This document shows, piece by piece, positions 10,359 through 19,060 of a DNA stretch of 64,000 bases. The stretch is taken from IMG/VR virus record IMGVR_UViG_3300030102_006934, positions 124,001 through 188,000 of that record; one strand, written 5' to 3'. Every line of letters begins with the position of its first letter. The stretch's first letter is position 1. The notes under the pieces were generated by a model. It ran no database searches. It worked only from the letters and a program-made list of their open reading frames with translations, and had not been told where the DNA came from. A program made the translations under genes and the position numbers.

Positions 10359-12824
10359 CTACTTAACGGTGACTACAATATCATCTTTAGAGACACCAAC
10401 TTTTATGGTAGAACCCTGTTTCAATGTGCCTTCTAACATTTTTTCAGCTATTGGATCTTCTACATATTTTTGTATAGCCCTATTCAAAGGTCTAGCCCCA
10501 TACTTTTCATCATAACCTTTCTCCACTAAGAAATCTTTTAGTTTTGATGATACGTTTAATTTATAACCCATTTCAGACATCCTATCAATTAGTTCATTTA
10601 ATGGTAAGTCTATTATTTTCTTAATATCTGATTTATCTAAAGACTTAAAAACTATGATATCATCTAATCTGTTTAAGAATTCTGGTGAGAAGGCTTTTTT
10701 AACAGAATCATTAATAACACCATCTCTTATATCTTCAAGATTATCTATTTTAGCCTTGGTACCAAAACCTACACCTGTACCAAAGTCTTGTAGTTTTCTA
10801 GCCCCTACGTTTGATGTCATTATTATTAGGGTGTTTTTAAAATTTATCTTCCTACCTAAACTATCTGTTAGAAACCCTTCATCTAATACTTGTAGTAAAA
10901 TATTAAATACATCTGTGTGAGCTTTCTCAATTTCATCTAATAGTATAACAGAATAAGGTTTTCTACGTACCTTTTCAGTGAGTTGTCCACCCTCTTCATA
11001 CCCAACGTATCCTGGAGGAGCACCAATTAACTTAGAAGTACTATGTTTCTCCATATACTCAGACATGTCAACCCTAATTATAGAATCTTCCGAACCAAAT
11101 ATATTTTTGGCTAAAGTTTTAGCTAAATGAGTTTTACCAACACCAGTTGGGCCTAGAAACATAAAAGACCCAATTGGTTTATCTTCTGATTTTATACCCA
11201 TTCTATTTCTTCTGATAGCTTTGGTTACTTGTTCAACAGCATCATCCTGACCAATAACTAAACCTTTCAAATCTTTAGACATACTTTTCAGTTTTTCTAA
11301 ATCTGATTGATTTATTTTGTTGACGGGTATACCAGTTATTTTTGACACTACTTCGGCAACATTCTCTGATGTTACTACCCTTCTTTCGGTGTTTATAGAT
11401 TCTAACCACTCGGCCGTTTTGTTCTCTAACTCTTGTTTTAACTTTCTTTCCTCATCTCTCAAATTAGCAGCATCTTCATATTTTTGAGCTTTTATCACCT
11501 TTTTCTTTTTCTCATCTATTTTTAAGATATTTTCTTCTAAAGTGATTATCTCTTTAGGTGCTTCTATTTTAGTTTGACTTCTAGCTCCAACCTCATCTAA
11601 AATATCTATAGATTTATCTGGTTGTTCTCTATCCGTAATGTATCTACCAGCTAGTTTAACACAAGATTTTATAGAATCCTCTGTGTATGATACTTTATGA
11701 TGGTCTTCATAACGGTCTTTTATGTTATTTAATATAGTTAAAGTGTCTTCATTCGATGGTGGGTCTATAAGTACTGTTTGAAACCTTCTAGTCAATGCTC
11801 CATCCTTTTCAAAGTTTTCCCTAAACTCATCTAAAGTTGTGGCTCCTATACATTGAATTTCACCTCTAGCCAAAGCAGGTTTTAATATATTGGAAGCGTC
11901 TAAGGAGCCAGACGAATTACCAGCACCAACCATTGTATGTATTTCATCAATGAATAATATAACATCAAAAGTTTTCTCCAATTCATCCATAATACCTTTA
12001 AGTCTTTCTTCAAATTGGCCTCTGTATTTGGTTCCAGCCACTAGTAAAGCTAAGTCTAATGAGACCACTCTTTTATCAAAAAGTACTCTTGGGCATTTTT
12101 TCTCAATTATTTTCAAAGCTAAACCTTCTACTATTGCGGTTTTACCCACCCCAGGTTCACCAATTAAAAGGGGGTTATTTTTTTTCCTCCTAGATAAAAC
12201 TTGTGTGACCCTCTCTATTTCATCATTACGACCTATTATTGGGTCTATTTTACCTTGTTCAGCCAACTTTGTTATATCTCTGCCAAAATTATCTAAAATA
12301 GGTGTGTCTGTTTTTTCCCCTTTTGGTTTTTTGTAGTAACTACTTTTACCATCATTAAAATCATCAGCTATTCCACTCATATTTACTTCTTTTTTTATTT
12401 GTTTTAATTTTTCTTTAAATGTCTTATAGGTTATGTTCCTATTTGTTAAAACTTGGGTACATCCAAGTTCTTTTATTCTTAATATAGATAACATTAAGTG
12501 TTCAACACCCACATAGGGGTCACCTAATTTATCTGATTCTAACTCACAACTGTTTATTATTAAATTAGATTCACTGCTCAAATATAGTAATTTTTTCTTT
12601 AAACTAGGGTTTTTTACTTGTAATCTTTGGTATCCTTCTAATCTAGATATTAAATCTTCGATATCAAAACCCATGGCCTCAAGGGTTTCTATGACAATAT
12701 TACCCTCATCACTGATTATAGAAATTAATATGTGTACTGGTTCTATCATGTTAGAACCAGAATTAAGTGACTCGGTATAAGACCTTTTAATTATAGATTT
12801 TATTTCTTTATTCATGTTTTTCAT
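10359..12824 (-). CDS. clpC: ClpC-type AAA+ unfoldase (Hsp100)
   Basis: Clp N repeats; GEPGVGKT and GPTGVGKT Walker A motifs; UVR coiled coil QKYEDAANLRD; GVGFG ClpP-docking loop; YGARPL. Confidence 0.92.
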   Translation of the reverse strand: MKNMNKEIKSIIKRSYTESLNSGSNMIEPVHILISIISDEGNIVIETLEAMGFDIEDLISRLEGYQRLQVKNPSLKKKLLYLSSESNLIINSCELESDKLGDPYVGVEHLMLSILRIKELGCTQVLTNRNITYKTFKEKLKQIKKEVNMSGIADDFNDGKSSYYKKPKGEKTDTPILDNFGRDITKLAEQGKIDPIIGRNDEIERVTQVLSRRKKNNPLLIGEPGVGKTAIVEGLALKIIEKKCPRVLFDKRVVSLDLALLVAGTKYRGQFEERLKGIMDELEKTFDVILFIDEIHTMVGAGNSSGSLDASNILKPALARGEIQCIGATTLDEFRENFEKDGALTRRFQTVLIDPPSNEDTLTILNNIKDRYEDHHKVSYTEDSIKSCVKLAGRYITDREQPDKSIDILDEVGARSQTKIEAPKEIITLEENILKIDEKKKKVIKAQKYEDAANLRDEERKLKQELENKTAEWLESINTERRVVTSENVAEVVSKITGIPVNKINQSDLEKLKSMSKDLKGLVIGQDDAVEQVTKAIRRNRMGIKSEDKPIGSFMFLGPTGVGKTHLAKTLAKNIFGSEDSIIRVDMSEYMEKHSTSKLIGAPPGYVGYEEGGQLTEKVRRKPYSVILLDEIEKAHTDVFNILLQVLDEGFLTDSLGRKINFKNTLIIMTSNVGARKLQDFGTGVGFGTKAKIDNLEDIRDGVINDSVKKAFSPEFLNRLDDIIVFKSLDKSDIKKIIDLPLNELIDRMSEMGYKLNVSSKLKDFLVEKGYDEKYGARPLNRAIQKYVEDPIAEKMLEGTLKQGSTIKVGVSKDDIVVTVK

Positions 12825-12864
12825 TATTACAATAATAGGTTAAATATTTAAAATTAACAAGCTG

Positions 12865-12895
12865 TTTGATTTTTTGTTTATTATAACTATATTTG
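12865..12895 (+). promoter_or_regulatory. Bacteroidota-type housekeeping promoter (-33 TTTG / -7 TATATTTG)
   Basis: TTTG at 12865-12868, 19-nt spacer, TATATTTG at 12888-12895. Confidence 0.7.
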
Positions 12896-12932
12896 TTGTG
12901 TTTAAAAATAATAAAATTTTAATAATAAATAA

Positions 12933-13157
12933 ATGATAAACATCCAAGATAAAAAACTTTTTAATATAACACTAGTTATTAAAAACGATCCAAACGATGA
13001 AGATGGTTTTGATAGTGGTACATATACTGTTGACTTTAAAAACTCTTTTATGTCTATTAATGGTAATAGTATGATTATAGAGACAAAAAATGAAGATAGT
13101 ATAATTGGGAAGGTATTTAATTTAAGGAGCGTTGAATCCTATAAGATATGGCAGTAA
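12933..13157 (+). CDS. hypothetical protein
   Basis: ORF downstream of the host-type promoter. Confidence 0.6.
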   Translation: MINIQDKKLFNITLVIKNDPNDEDGFDSGTYTVDFKNSFMSINGNSMIIETKNEDSIIGKVFNLRSVESYKIWQ

Positions 13158-13447
13158 TAAAAAAAACAGAAAAAGACGGTATTGTTGAGTGTTTAATAGA
13201 TTCTAGTAATATATTACATTCCGAGTATGATAAATCTAAAAATACTTTAAAGTTAACTTTTAAGTCTGGAACTAGGTACGTCTATAAAAATATTATTAAT
13301 AGAGATTACGTTAGATTTGAGGTATCTGAAAGCCAAGGTTCAGTTTTTAATAAAACAATGACTAAATACGATTATAATAAGTTAATCTCTTTAACTGAAG
13401 AGGATTTATTGGTTTTAAAAGAAGAGATTATTAACCATAAAGATTAA
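13148..13447 (+). CDS. KTSC domain protein
   Basis: DSSNI..EYD....L.LTFKSG..YVY.N......F..SESQG..FN. Confidence 0.85.
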   Translation: MAVIKKTEKDGIVECLIDSSNILHSEYDKSKNTLKLTFKSGTRYVYKNIINRDYVRFEVSESQGSVFNKTMTKYDYNKLISLTEEDLLVLKEEIINHKD

Positions 13448-13777
13448 TTAAGTTCTTAAGTATGGTATAACACTAAGAACTTCCATACAAGGTGGTGATA
13501 CTTTGGAGTTACTAATAGTTTCTACCACAAAAATAGGCCCTTCTGTATGGACTATGTAATTTAATAATTTATTACTTTCACCATAATTTAGGAATTTGAC
13601 AGTAACGTCTTTGAACCCATACTCTAACAATTTTTTAGATATTAAACTTTTAACACTCTGACCCGTACAAGGTATAGTTTCTAATACTTTAGCTACTTCG
13701 GCTGCGGTTACCTCATTTATTCTAACTTCAGTTAATTTAGCCATTTGTGACTCAGTTAATCTTATAATTTTTTTCAT
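13448..13777 (-). CDS. hypothetical protein with MKKIIRLTESQ leader; putative head cargo
   Basis: leader type shared with 28592 and 34543. Confidence 0.6.
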   Translation of the reverse strand: MKKIIRLTESQMAKLTEVRINEVTAAEVAKVLETIPCTGQSVKSLISKKLLEYGFKDVTVKFLNYGESNKLLNYIVHTEGPIFVVETISNSKVSPPCMEVLSVIPYLRT

Positions 13778-13783
13778 TTTTAA

Positions 13784-14335
13784 TTAATTTTCGTATTCAA
13801 AGTCTAATCCACTTTGTCTTTTTTCATATTCTTCGGAATCTAAACCAGCCTCATACATCCTACCTTCTTCGAAACCTTTATTATATACAATTTCCTTTAT
13901 TTCATTAAATTCTTTTTCGGCTTGGTCTTTACCTTCTTCTTCTCCTTCTTTAAGTCCATCAGCGTAACCTTCATCGTATCCTTCATCGTGAGCGTTGAGT
14001 TTCGCATCAAGCATATCATCTTCACAGTCATCCTTTCCTTCTCTAAAACCTTCATTGTAACCCTCTCTATGACCTTCTCCCCAAGCCAACTGTTTACCAT
14101 CTTCTTGTGAGGTTTCTGCCACTTGTTTTATTATATCGGTCAATAGATTCAGTTCTTTATTTAATAAACCTAATCCATGTACTTTTTTGGCGATATGATT
14201 TAAAAACCAATTGCTGGCCCCATAGTCAGTTATAACATCAATCTTATCCTCTATTTGTTCTACACTAATAGGTTCAACATCTTTAGTCCAATCAAAATCA
14301 TTTTCTTTTAATATTTTCTTAATAGTATTTCTCAT
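13784..14335 (-). CDS. acidic protein with FliH/Yae1-like GxxxG repeats, KILKE leader and DFDWTKDV motif
   Basis: GHREGYNEGFREG, GYDEGYADGLKEG; late motif at 14344-14351 (-). Confidence 0.6.
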   Translation of the reverse strand: MRNTIKKILKENDFDWTKDVEPISVEQIEDKIDVITDYGASNWFLNHIAKKVHGLGLLNKELNLLTDIIKQVAETSQEDGKQLAWGEGHREGYNEGFREGKDDCEDDMLDAKLNAHDEGYDEGYADGLKEGEEEGKDQAEKEFNEIKEIVYNKGFEEGRMYEAGLDSEEYEKRQSGLDFEYEN

Positions 14336-14343
14336 TACATTTA

Positions 14344-14363
14344 ATAAATATTGTGATATTTAT
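14344..14363. promoter_or_regulatory. back-to-back divergent late promoters
   Basis: ATAAATAT-tgtg-ATATTTAT between divergent starts at 14335 and ~14368. Confidence 0.65.
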
Positions 14364-14367
14364 GAAT

Positions 14368-16242
14368 ATGGAGGTAAATGAGAAAGAAATTGAAAAATCT
14401 GATAGATCTATAGATTTATCTGGTTTTAAAGTGCAGGATGAACTTAATCCTAAAATATGGGATGAAGATCAAAAAATGAAATCTGACGTTAGAAAAACTT
14501 TGTTAAAGATTGCTGACGATTATTTTGAGTCTTTGGAATTACCTAAAGTTGATATTGAGGACGTAACCATGACTGGTTCTTTGGCTAATTATAATTGGTC
14601 TAAGTACTCCGATGTTGATTTACATATTGTGGTGGATTATGATGATATTCCAGTAGATGAGGAGTTGGTACAGGACTTTCTTAAATCTAAAAGTTCTAAT
14701 TGGAATAAAGAACATGACGTTACCATTTATGGTTATGATGTGGAATTGTATGTACAAGATATAAACGAACCACATCACTCTACTGGTGTTTATTCCATAT
14801 TAAAAGATGAGTGGGTGACTAAACCCAAAAAACAAAAAATATCATTTAATGACAAATCTGTGAAAGAAAAATCTAACCGTTTAATGGATAGGGTGGAAGA
14901 GATTTATGATGAAATGGATGAGGTAGATAATGAGGTCACAATTAAACGTGTTGATAAATTAACTGAAAAAATAAAAAAAATGCGTCAGTCTGGTCTAGAG
15001 TCTGGTGGTGAGTTTTCTGTTGAAAATATTGTTTTTAAAGTTTTAAGGCGTAATGGTATGTTAGATAGGTTGTATGATATTAAAACTGTGGCCTATGATA
15101 ATTCAGTAACACTAGAATCGACTAAATTAAATACCTTGATAGAGTCAATGTTAGATGATTCTTTGGATTGGATAAGGGATGTCACACCTAAAACTCCTAT
15201 AAAAAAAGAATGTTGTACTGCGTATCAGGGTCATTTTAACATTGTTATGGATTATTTCAATGCTATAACAAGCAAATTAAAATATGGTGATTGGCAGTAT
15301 TCAATAGATGGTCACAGTGGATCGGTTCTTTGGGAATCACCTACCATACCTGACTATGTTTTTTACGCAACACCTTATTGGGAGGGTGTTTCCAATGAAT
15401 TACCTATTGATTATTCGGGAGATATGGGAGACTACGATACTTTAGAAGATGTAGAATTACCAAAGTTCAATTATGAGGAGGATTTAATTAATTGGTTAAA
15501 CTCTGAATACCCAAAGTTGGTTTCTAATAAGTTGAACCACCATGTAACCAATTTTTCAACATATAATGTTGAACACAGGATAAAAAAGGGTAAGTTACTA
15601 GAATTATTTAGTAAAAAAAATATGAGTAAGGGCGAATTAAAAAAAAAATTCAATAATTTTCTTTCTAAAGTAAAACAAGAAGGTGGTGAAACTAAAGAAG
15701 CGTATAAAATTTTAGTAAACTCAATAAAAAGTGGTCAAAACTTATCTAAAGAAGAAAGAGACAAGGTAACCGAACAACTCAAAGATATACTTAAGTTGGC
15801 TGGGTTTACTGTAGCTTCTATATTACCAGGTGGTATCTTATATTTAATGTTATCTAAAGTTGATAAATTTAAAAAGCATTTATTACCATCTTCTTTTCTT
15901 GAAGAAACAAAAGATTTTGATTGGGTAAAGGACGTTAAAGAAACTGATTCATGGAAAAGAATTGATTTTGTGGTGTTTAAGGATGGGGGTTATATTGGTA
16001 CCCCCACTATTCTAAGACAAGATTTTTTTGAAAGGGAGAAAAAAATTGGTAATAGTATTTGGGTTGAAGATGATTATGAAATAGTTGATGAATTTCACGT
16101 TTTATACCCACCTAATAATTTTAGTGGTTCAGCTGTCTCAAACCTTTTGGATGAGTGTTACCATCATTTAAAGTTGGGTGTTATGCCTTCCGATTCTTAC
16201 GTATACAATGAAGAACTTAATAAATTCGAACCTAACACATAA
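14368..16242 (+). CDS. Pol-beta-superfamily nucleotidyltransferase with three further C-terminal modules (start probably 14368, not 14353)
   Basis: MTGSLANYNWSKYSDVDLH (GS..DxD) and third acidic residue in DVELYV. Confidence 0.75.
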   Translation: MEVNEKEIEKSDRSIDLSGFKVQDELNPKIWDEDQKMKSDVRKTLLKIADDYFESLELPKVDIEDVTMTGSLANYNWSKYSDVDLHIVVDYDDIPVDEELVQDFLKSKSSNWNKEHDVTIYGYDVELYVQDINEPHHSTGVYSILKDEWVTKPKKQKISFNDKSVKEKSNRLMDRVEEIYDEMDEVDNEVTIKRVDKLTEKIKKMRQSGLESGGEFSVENIVFKVLRRNGMLDRLYDIKTVAYDNSVTLESTKLNTLIESMLDDSLDWIRDVTPKTPIKKECCTAYQGHFNIVMDYFNAITSKLKYGDWQYSIDGHSGSVLWESPTIPDYVFYATPYWEGVSNELPIDYSGDMGDYDTLEDVELPKFNYEEDLINWLNSEYPKLVSNKLNHHVTNFSTYNVEHRIKKGKLLELFSKKNMSKGELKKKFNNFLSKVKQEGGETKEAYKILVNSIKSGQNLSKEERDKVTEQLKDILKLAGFTVASILPGGILYLMLSKVDKFKKHLLPSSFLEETKDFDWVKDVKETDSWKRIDFVVFKDGGYIGTPTILRQDFFEREKKIGNSIWVEDDYEIVDEFHVLYPPNNFSGSAVSNLLDECYHHLKLGVMPSDSYVYNEELNKFEPNT

Positions 16243-16284
16243 ATTTAAACAATAATAAACATATTTATATAAAAAGACAAAATT

Positions 16285-16581
16285 ATGACACTACATTCAG
16301 TTATGCATTTAAGTACAGAGGCTAATTATTCAGCATATACTTATACCGCTTTTATAATTATAGATAACGCAACTGGTTCACCATTTACAATTAATGGAAC
16401 AACCTTCTCCCCACCCAACAATTGGGATGGTAAAGTCATACCACTGACAATAGACCCTAGTGGTACGCCTAGTAACGCTCAATTAATGTTTTTGGGTAAC
16501 CCTAAACCTGAGTTTTTCAGACCAGGACCTCCAGGACAAGGTGGTGTTACTACCGATGGTTTTAACAACATAAAAGGTTAA
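16285..16581 (+). CDS. hypothetical late protein
   Basis: ORF preceded by ATATTTAT at 16261. Confidence 0.55.
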   Translation: MTLHSVMHLSTEANYSAYTYTAFIIIDNATGSPFTINGTTFSPPNNWDGKVIPLTIDPSGTPSNAQLMFLGNPKPEFFRPGPPGQGGVTTDGFNNIKG

Positions 16582-16592
16582 CATAAAAATAT

Positions 16593-18629
16593 ATGAAAAT
16601 GAAAAAAAGTACTTTAAATAAAATGTTAGATTTATCTAATATTAATCCAACAAAAGAAAGTGATGGTTTACCATCTTTTGACTTGGTTAAAGAATGTATT
16701 AATGGTAATACATACGCTATTAGTAGAGAGAATAAAAAATATTATATAAAAGAAAGTAAGACTAAAGAAAAACTAAAAGAGTCCGATTTTGAATATGTAG
16801 GTGGTGTTGCTAATAAAGGTAAAAACAATTTTAAATCTTTTAGTGAGGCGGCAAAACATTTAAATTTAATGTTTGAAGAAATTAATAATCATTTTGATGT
16901 TGGTAATGTTAACATTTTAGAATCCGATTCTTTAAATGAAAAAAAATATGTCTTAAAACTAAACAAAAAAAAATCTAAAAAAGAAGAACCTAAAGAAGTT
17001 GAGTCTTCTGTAGAAGATGACTTCAGTTTTGGTGATGAAGAAGAGAAAGAAGGTGGTGAAGAATCTTTTGACTTTGAATCTGAAGAAGGTGATGAGTCTG
17101 GAGAGGAATCTTTTGACTTTGAGTCTGAAGAAGGTGATGAGTCTGGAGAGGAATCTTTTGACTTTGAGTCTGAAGAAGGTGATGAGTCTGGAGAAGGTGA
17201 TGAGTCTGGGGAAGAGTCTTTTGACTTTGAGTCTGAAGAAGGTGATGAGTCTGGAGAAGAGTCTTTTGATGATACCGAAGATGAGATAAAAGACATACAA
17301 AGCACCACTGGTAAATTAGGTCAACAACTTAGGGACATTGAGGATATTTCTTCTGATATGCAGAAATGGGTTGCTAAATCCGTATTATCAGCTTTAGATT
17401 TAGATACTATGGATTCTGAAGATAAAAAAGATATTATTAAAACTGTTAAAAGTTCCGAAGACAATGGTGATGAAACTGAAGAAGAAGTCCCATCTGAAGA
17501 AATGGAAATGGAGGAAAGTTATGACAACTATATGGATGACGAATTTGATGGTATGAGTCAATATAACTGGGAACCAATTGAATCAAATGATGAATATGAT
17601 TCTTATATGGATGAGGATACTAATATAGATGTTAGTGGAGCTAATAGGTACAACGGTGGGTTAACCAGAGCTTATGAATCAGAAGATAAAGAAGAAGATA
17701 CTGAGATGGGTGGTGATGAAGAAGATAAAGTTGCTAAACCTGAAGATAAGAATGTTGAGGACAAATTACTATTGGATATTGAGGAAGACGAAATGGGTCC
17801 AGAGGAAATGGAAGCTCTTTACGGTCCTAAACCTAGTATGGTTGCTAAATATAAAAGATCACCATATAAAACAGCCTATAAACAAGCTGAAAAAGATATA
17901 TCTAAACATTACCACAAACAATCAGCACCAGGTTATGATTTAGACCCTGTTGAAAAATGGTCAAAACATAAATTACCTTATGATACAAAATTTATGGAAG
18001 AAGGTGATTATATGACTGAAGACCACTTGAACGACCAAATGGAAACCTACGAACAAGAGAAAGCTTACGAAGATATTGAGAAGGTTATGAGAAGATATGG
18101 GATGGGTGTTGAATTAAGAAAAAAAGAAACATCGGAAGACCCAGAAGAAAGTGTAATTTATTTAGATATCATCAATGGTGATGGTAAAAAAGTTCTTGTT
18201 TCTAGGGTTAACTCTGTGGGTGATATTGAAGTTGGTGAAATGAAAGGTAATAACTTTTCGGGTGAACCTGTTGACAGTGTCGAAGATTTTATCGAAATTT
18301 TTGGAGAAGATTTAACTAAAAAAGAAAAACAAGAATTAGAGATAGATATGGTAGAAGATATAGAAATGAGTCCAGCACCACAGAGAACTCCAGATAAAAG
18401 ACCTAGTCAACCAGATACAAAACCTGGTAAACCAGAAAGAAAGTCTCCAAGTGAGAGACCTTCAAGAAGACCATTTACACCACCACCTTCAATAGACCCT
18501 AATGACCCAGACGCATTACCAAATCCAAAAGCGGCTGACGGGCAAGATAAGGTAGATAAAAATACAAGGTACGATAAGGATAATGAAAAGTGGAGTTGGG
18601 AAAAAGGAGATGAAGTAGAGTTTGAATAA
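16593..18629 (+). CDS. very acidic protein, probably prohead core or internal protein
   Basis: E/D-rich, many (I/L/F)xE sites, tandem repeats, Pro-rich tail; upstream of terminase. Confidence 0.55.
   Translation: MKMKKSTLNKMLDLSNINPTKESDGLPSFDLVKECINGNTYAISRENKKYYIKESKTKEKLKESDFEYVGGVANKGKNNFKSFSEAAKHLNLMFEEINNHFDVGNVNILESDSLNEKKYVLKLNKKKSKKEEPKEVESSVEDDFSFGDEEEKEGGEESFDFESEEGDESGEESFDFESEEGDESGEESFDFESEEGDESGEGDESGEESFDFESEEGDESGEESFDDTEDEIKDIQSTTGKLGQQLRDIEDISSDMQKWVAKSVLSALDLDTMDSEDKKDIIKTVKSSEDNGDETEEEVPSEEMEMEESYDNYMDDEFDGMSQYNWEPIESNDEYDSYMDEDTNIDVSGANRYNGGLTRAYESEDKEEDTEMGGDEEDKVAKPEDKNVEDKLLLDIEEDEMGPEEMEALYGPKPSMVAKYKRSPYKTAYKQAEKDISKHYHKQSAPGYDLDPVEKWSKHKLPYDTKFMEEGDYMTEDHLNDQMETYEQEKAYEDIEKVMRRYGMGVELRKKETSEDPEESVIYLDIINGDGKKVLVSRVNSVGDIEVGEMKGNNFSGEPVDSVEDFIEIFGEDLTKKEKQELEIDMVEDIEMSPAPQRTPDKRPSQPDTKPGKPERKSPSERPSRRPFTPPPSIDPNDPDALPNPKAADGQDKVDKNTRYDKDNEKWSWEKGDEVEFE
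17058..17270 (+). repeat. 45-bp coding tandem repeat (ESFDFESEEGDESGE), about 4 copies plus an 18-bp partial
   Basis: gaatcttttgactttgagtctgaagaaggtgatgagtctggagag repeated. Confidence 0.9.
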
Positions 18630-19045
18630 TGTATTTAATTTATATCAATAGAATAGGGACAACATTTAAAGGGGAACACATTTTTGAGTTCCTCTTTTCG
18701 GATTCAATAGATTGGGAGTGGGATGATGCTTGGTATGAGTCTTCTGTTATGACTGAGACTAGGGAGTTATCACCCGATGAAACCATCATTAAAACTGTTG
18801 GTACACTTAAAACAAATCTATTCAACATGGAATTAGTTCAGGAAGATGGTGTTCGTGATATTTATAATGCGGTTGAGGGTATTATTGCCTTGGGTTGGGA
18901 GCAATTAGAGGAGGAGTATGACGAAATACCTAAGAAGCGTAGGGTTTTTAATTTTGGGGATACTAAAGAGTCTGTAGATGAACAACTTTATGAGTATGAC
19001 CTAGTATTAAAATACAAAGAAAATAAAATAACAAACGATTTTTAA
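18629..19045 (+). CDS. hypothetical protein
   Basis: coupled to the upstream gene by a TAATG overlap. Confidence 0.65.
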   Translation: MYLIYINRIGTTFKGEHIFEFLFSDSIDWEWDDAWYESSVMTETRELSPDETIIKTVGTLKTNLFNMELVQEDGVRDIYNAVEGIIALGWEQLEEEYDEIPKKRRVFNFGDTKESVDEQLYEYDLVLKYKENKITNDF

Positions 19046-19060
19046 TAAAAAAAATAAGAC

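Noticed and set aside
17058-17270. Regular repeats as a possible CRISPR array (also 25064-25180)
   Set aside because: Head-to-tail in-frame coding repeats without unique spacers; no cas genes.
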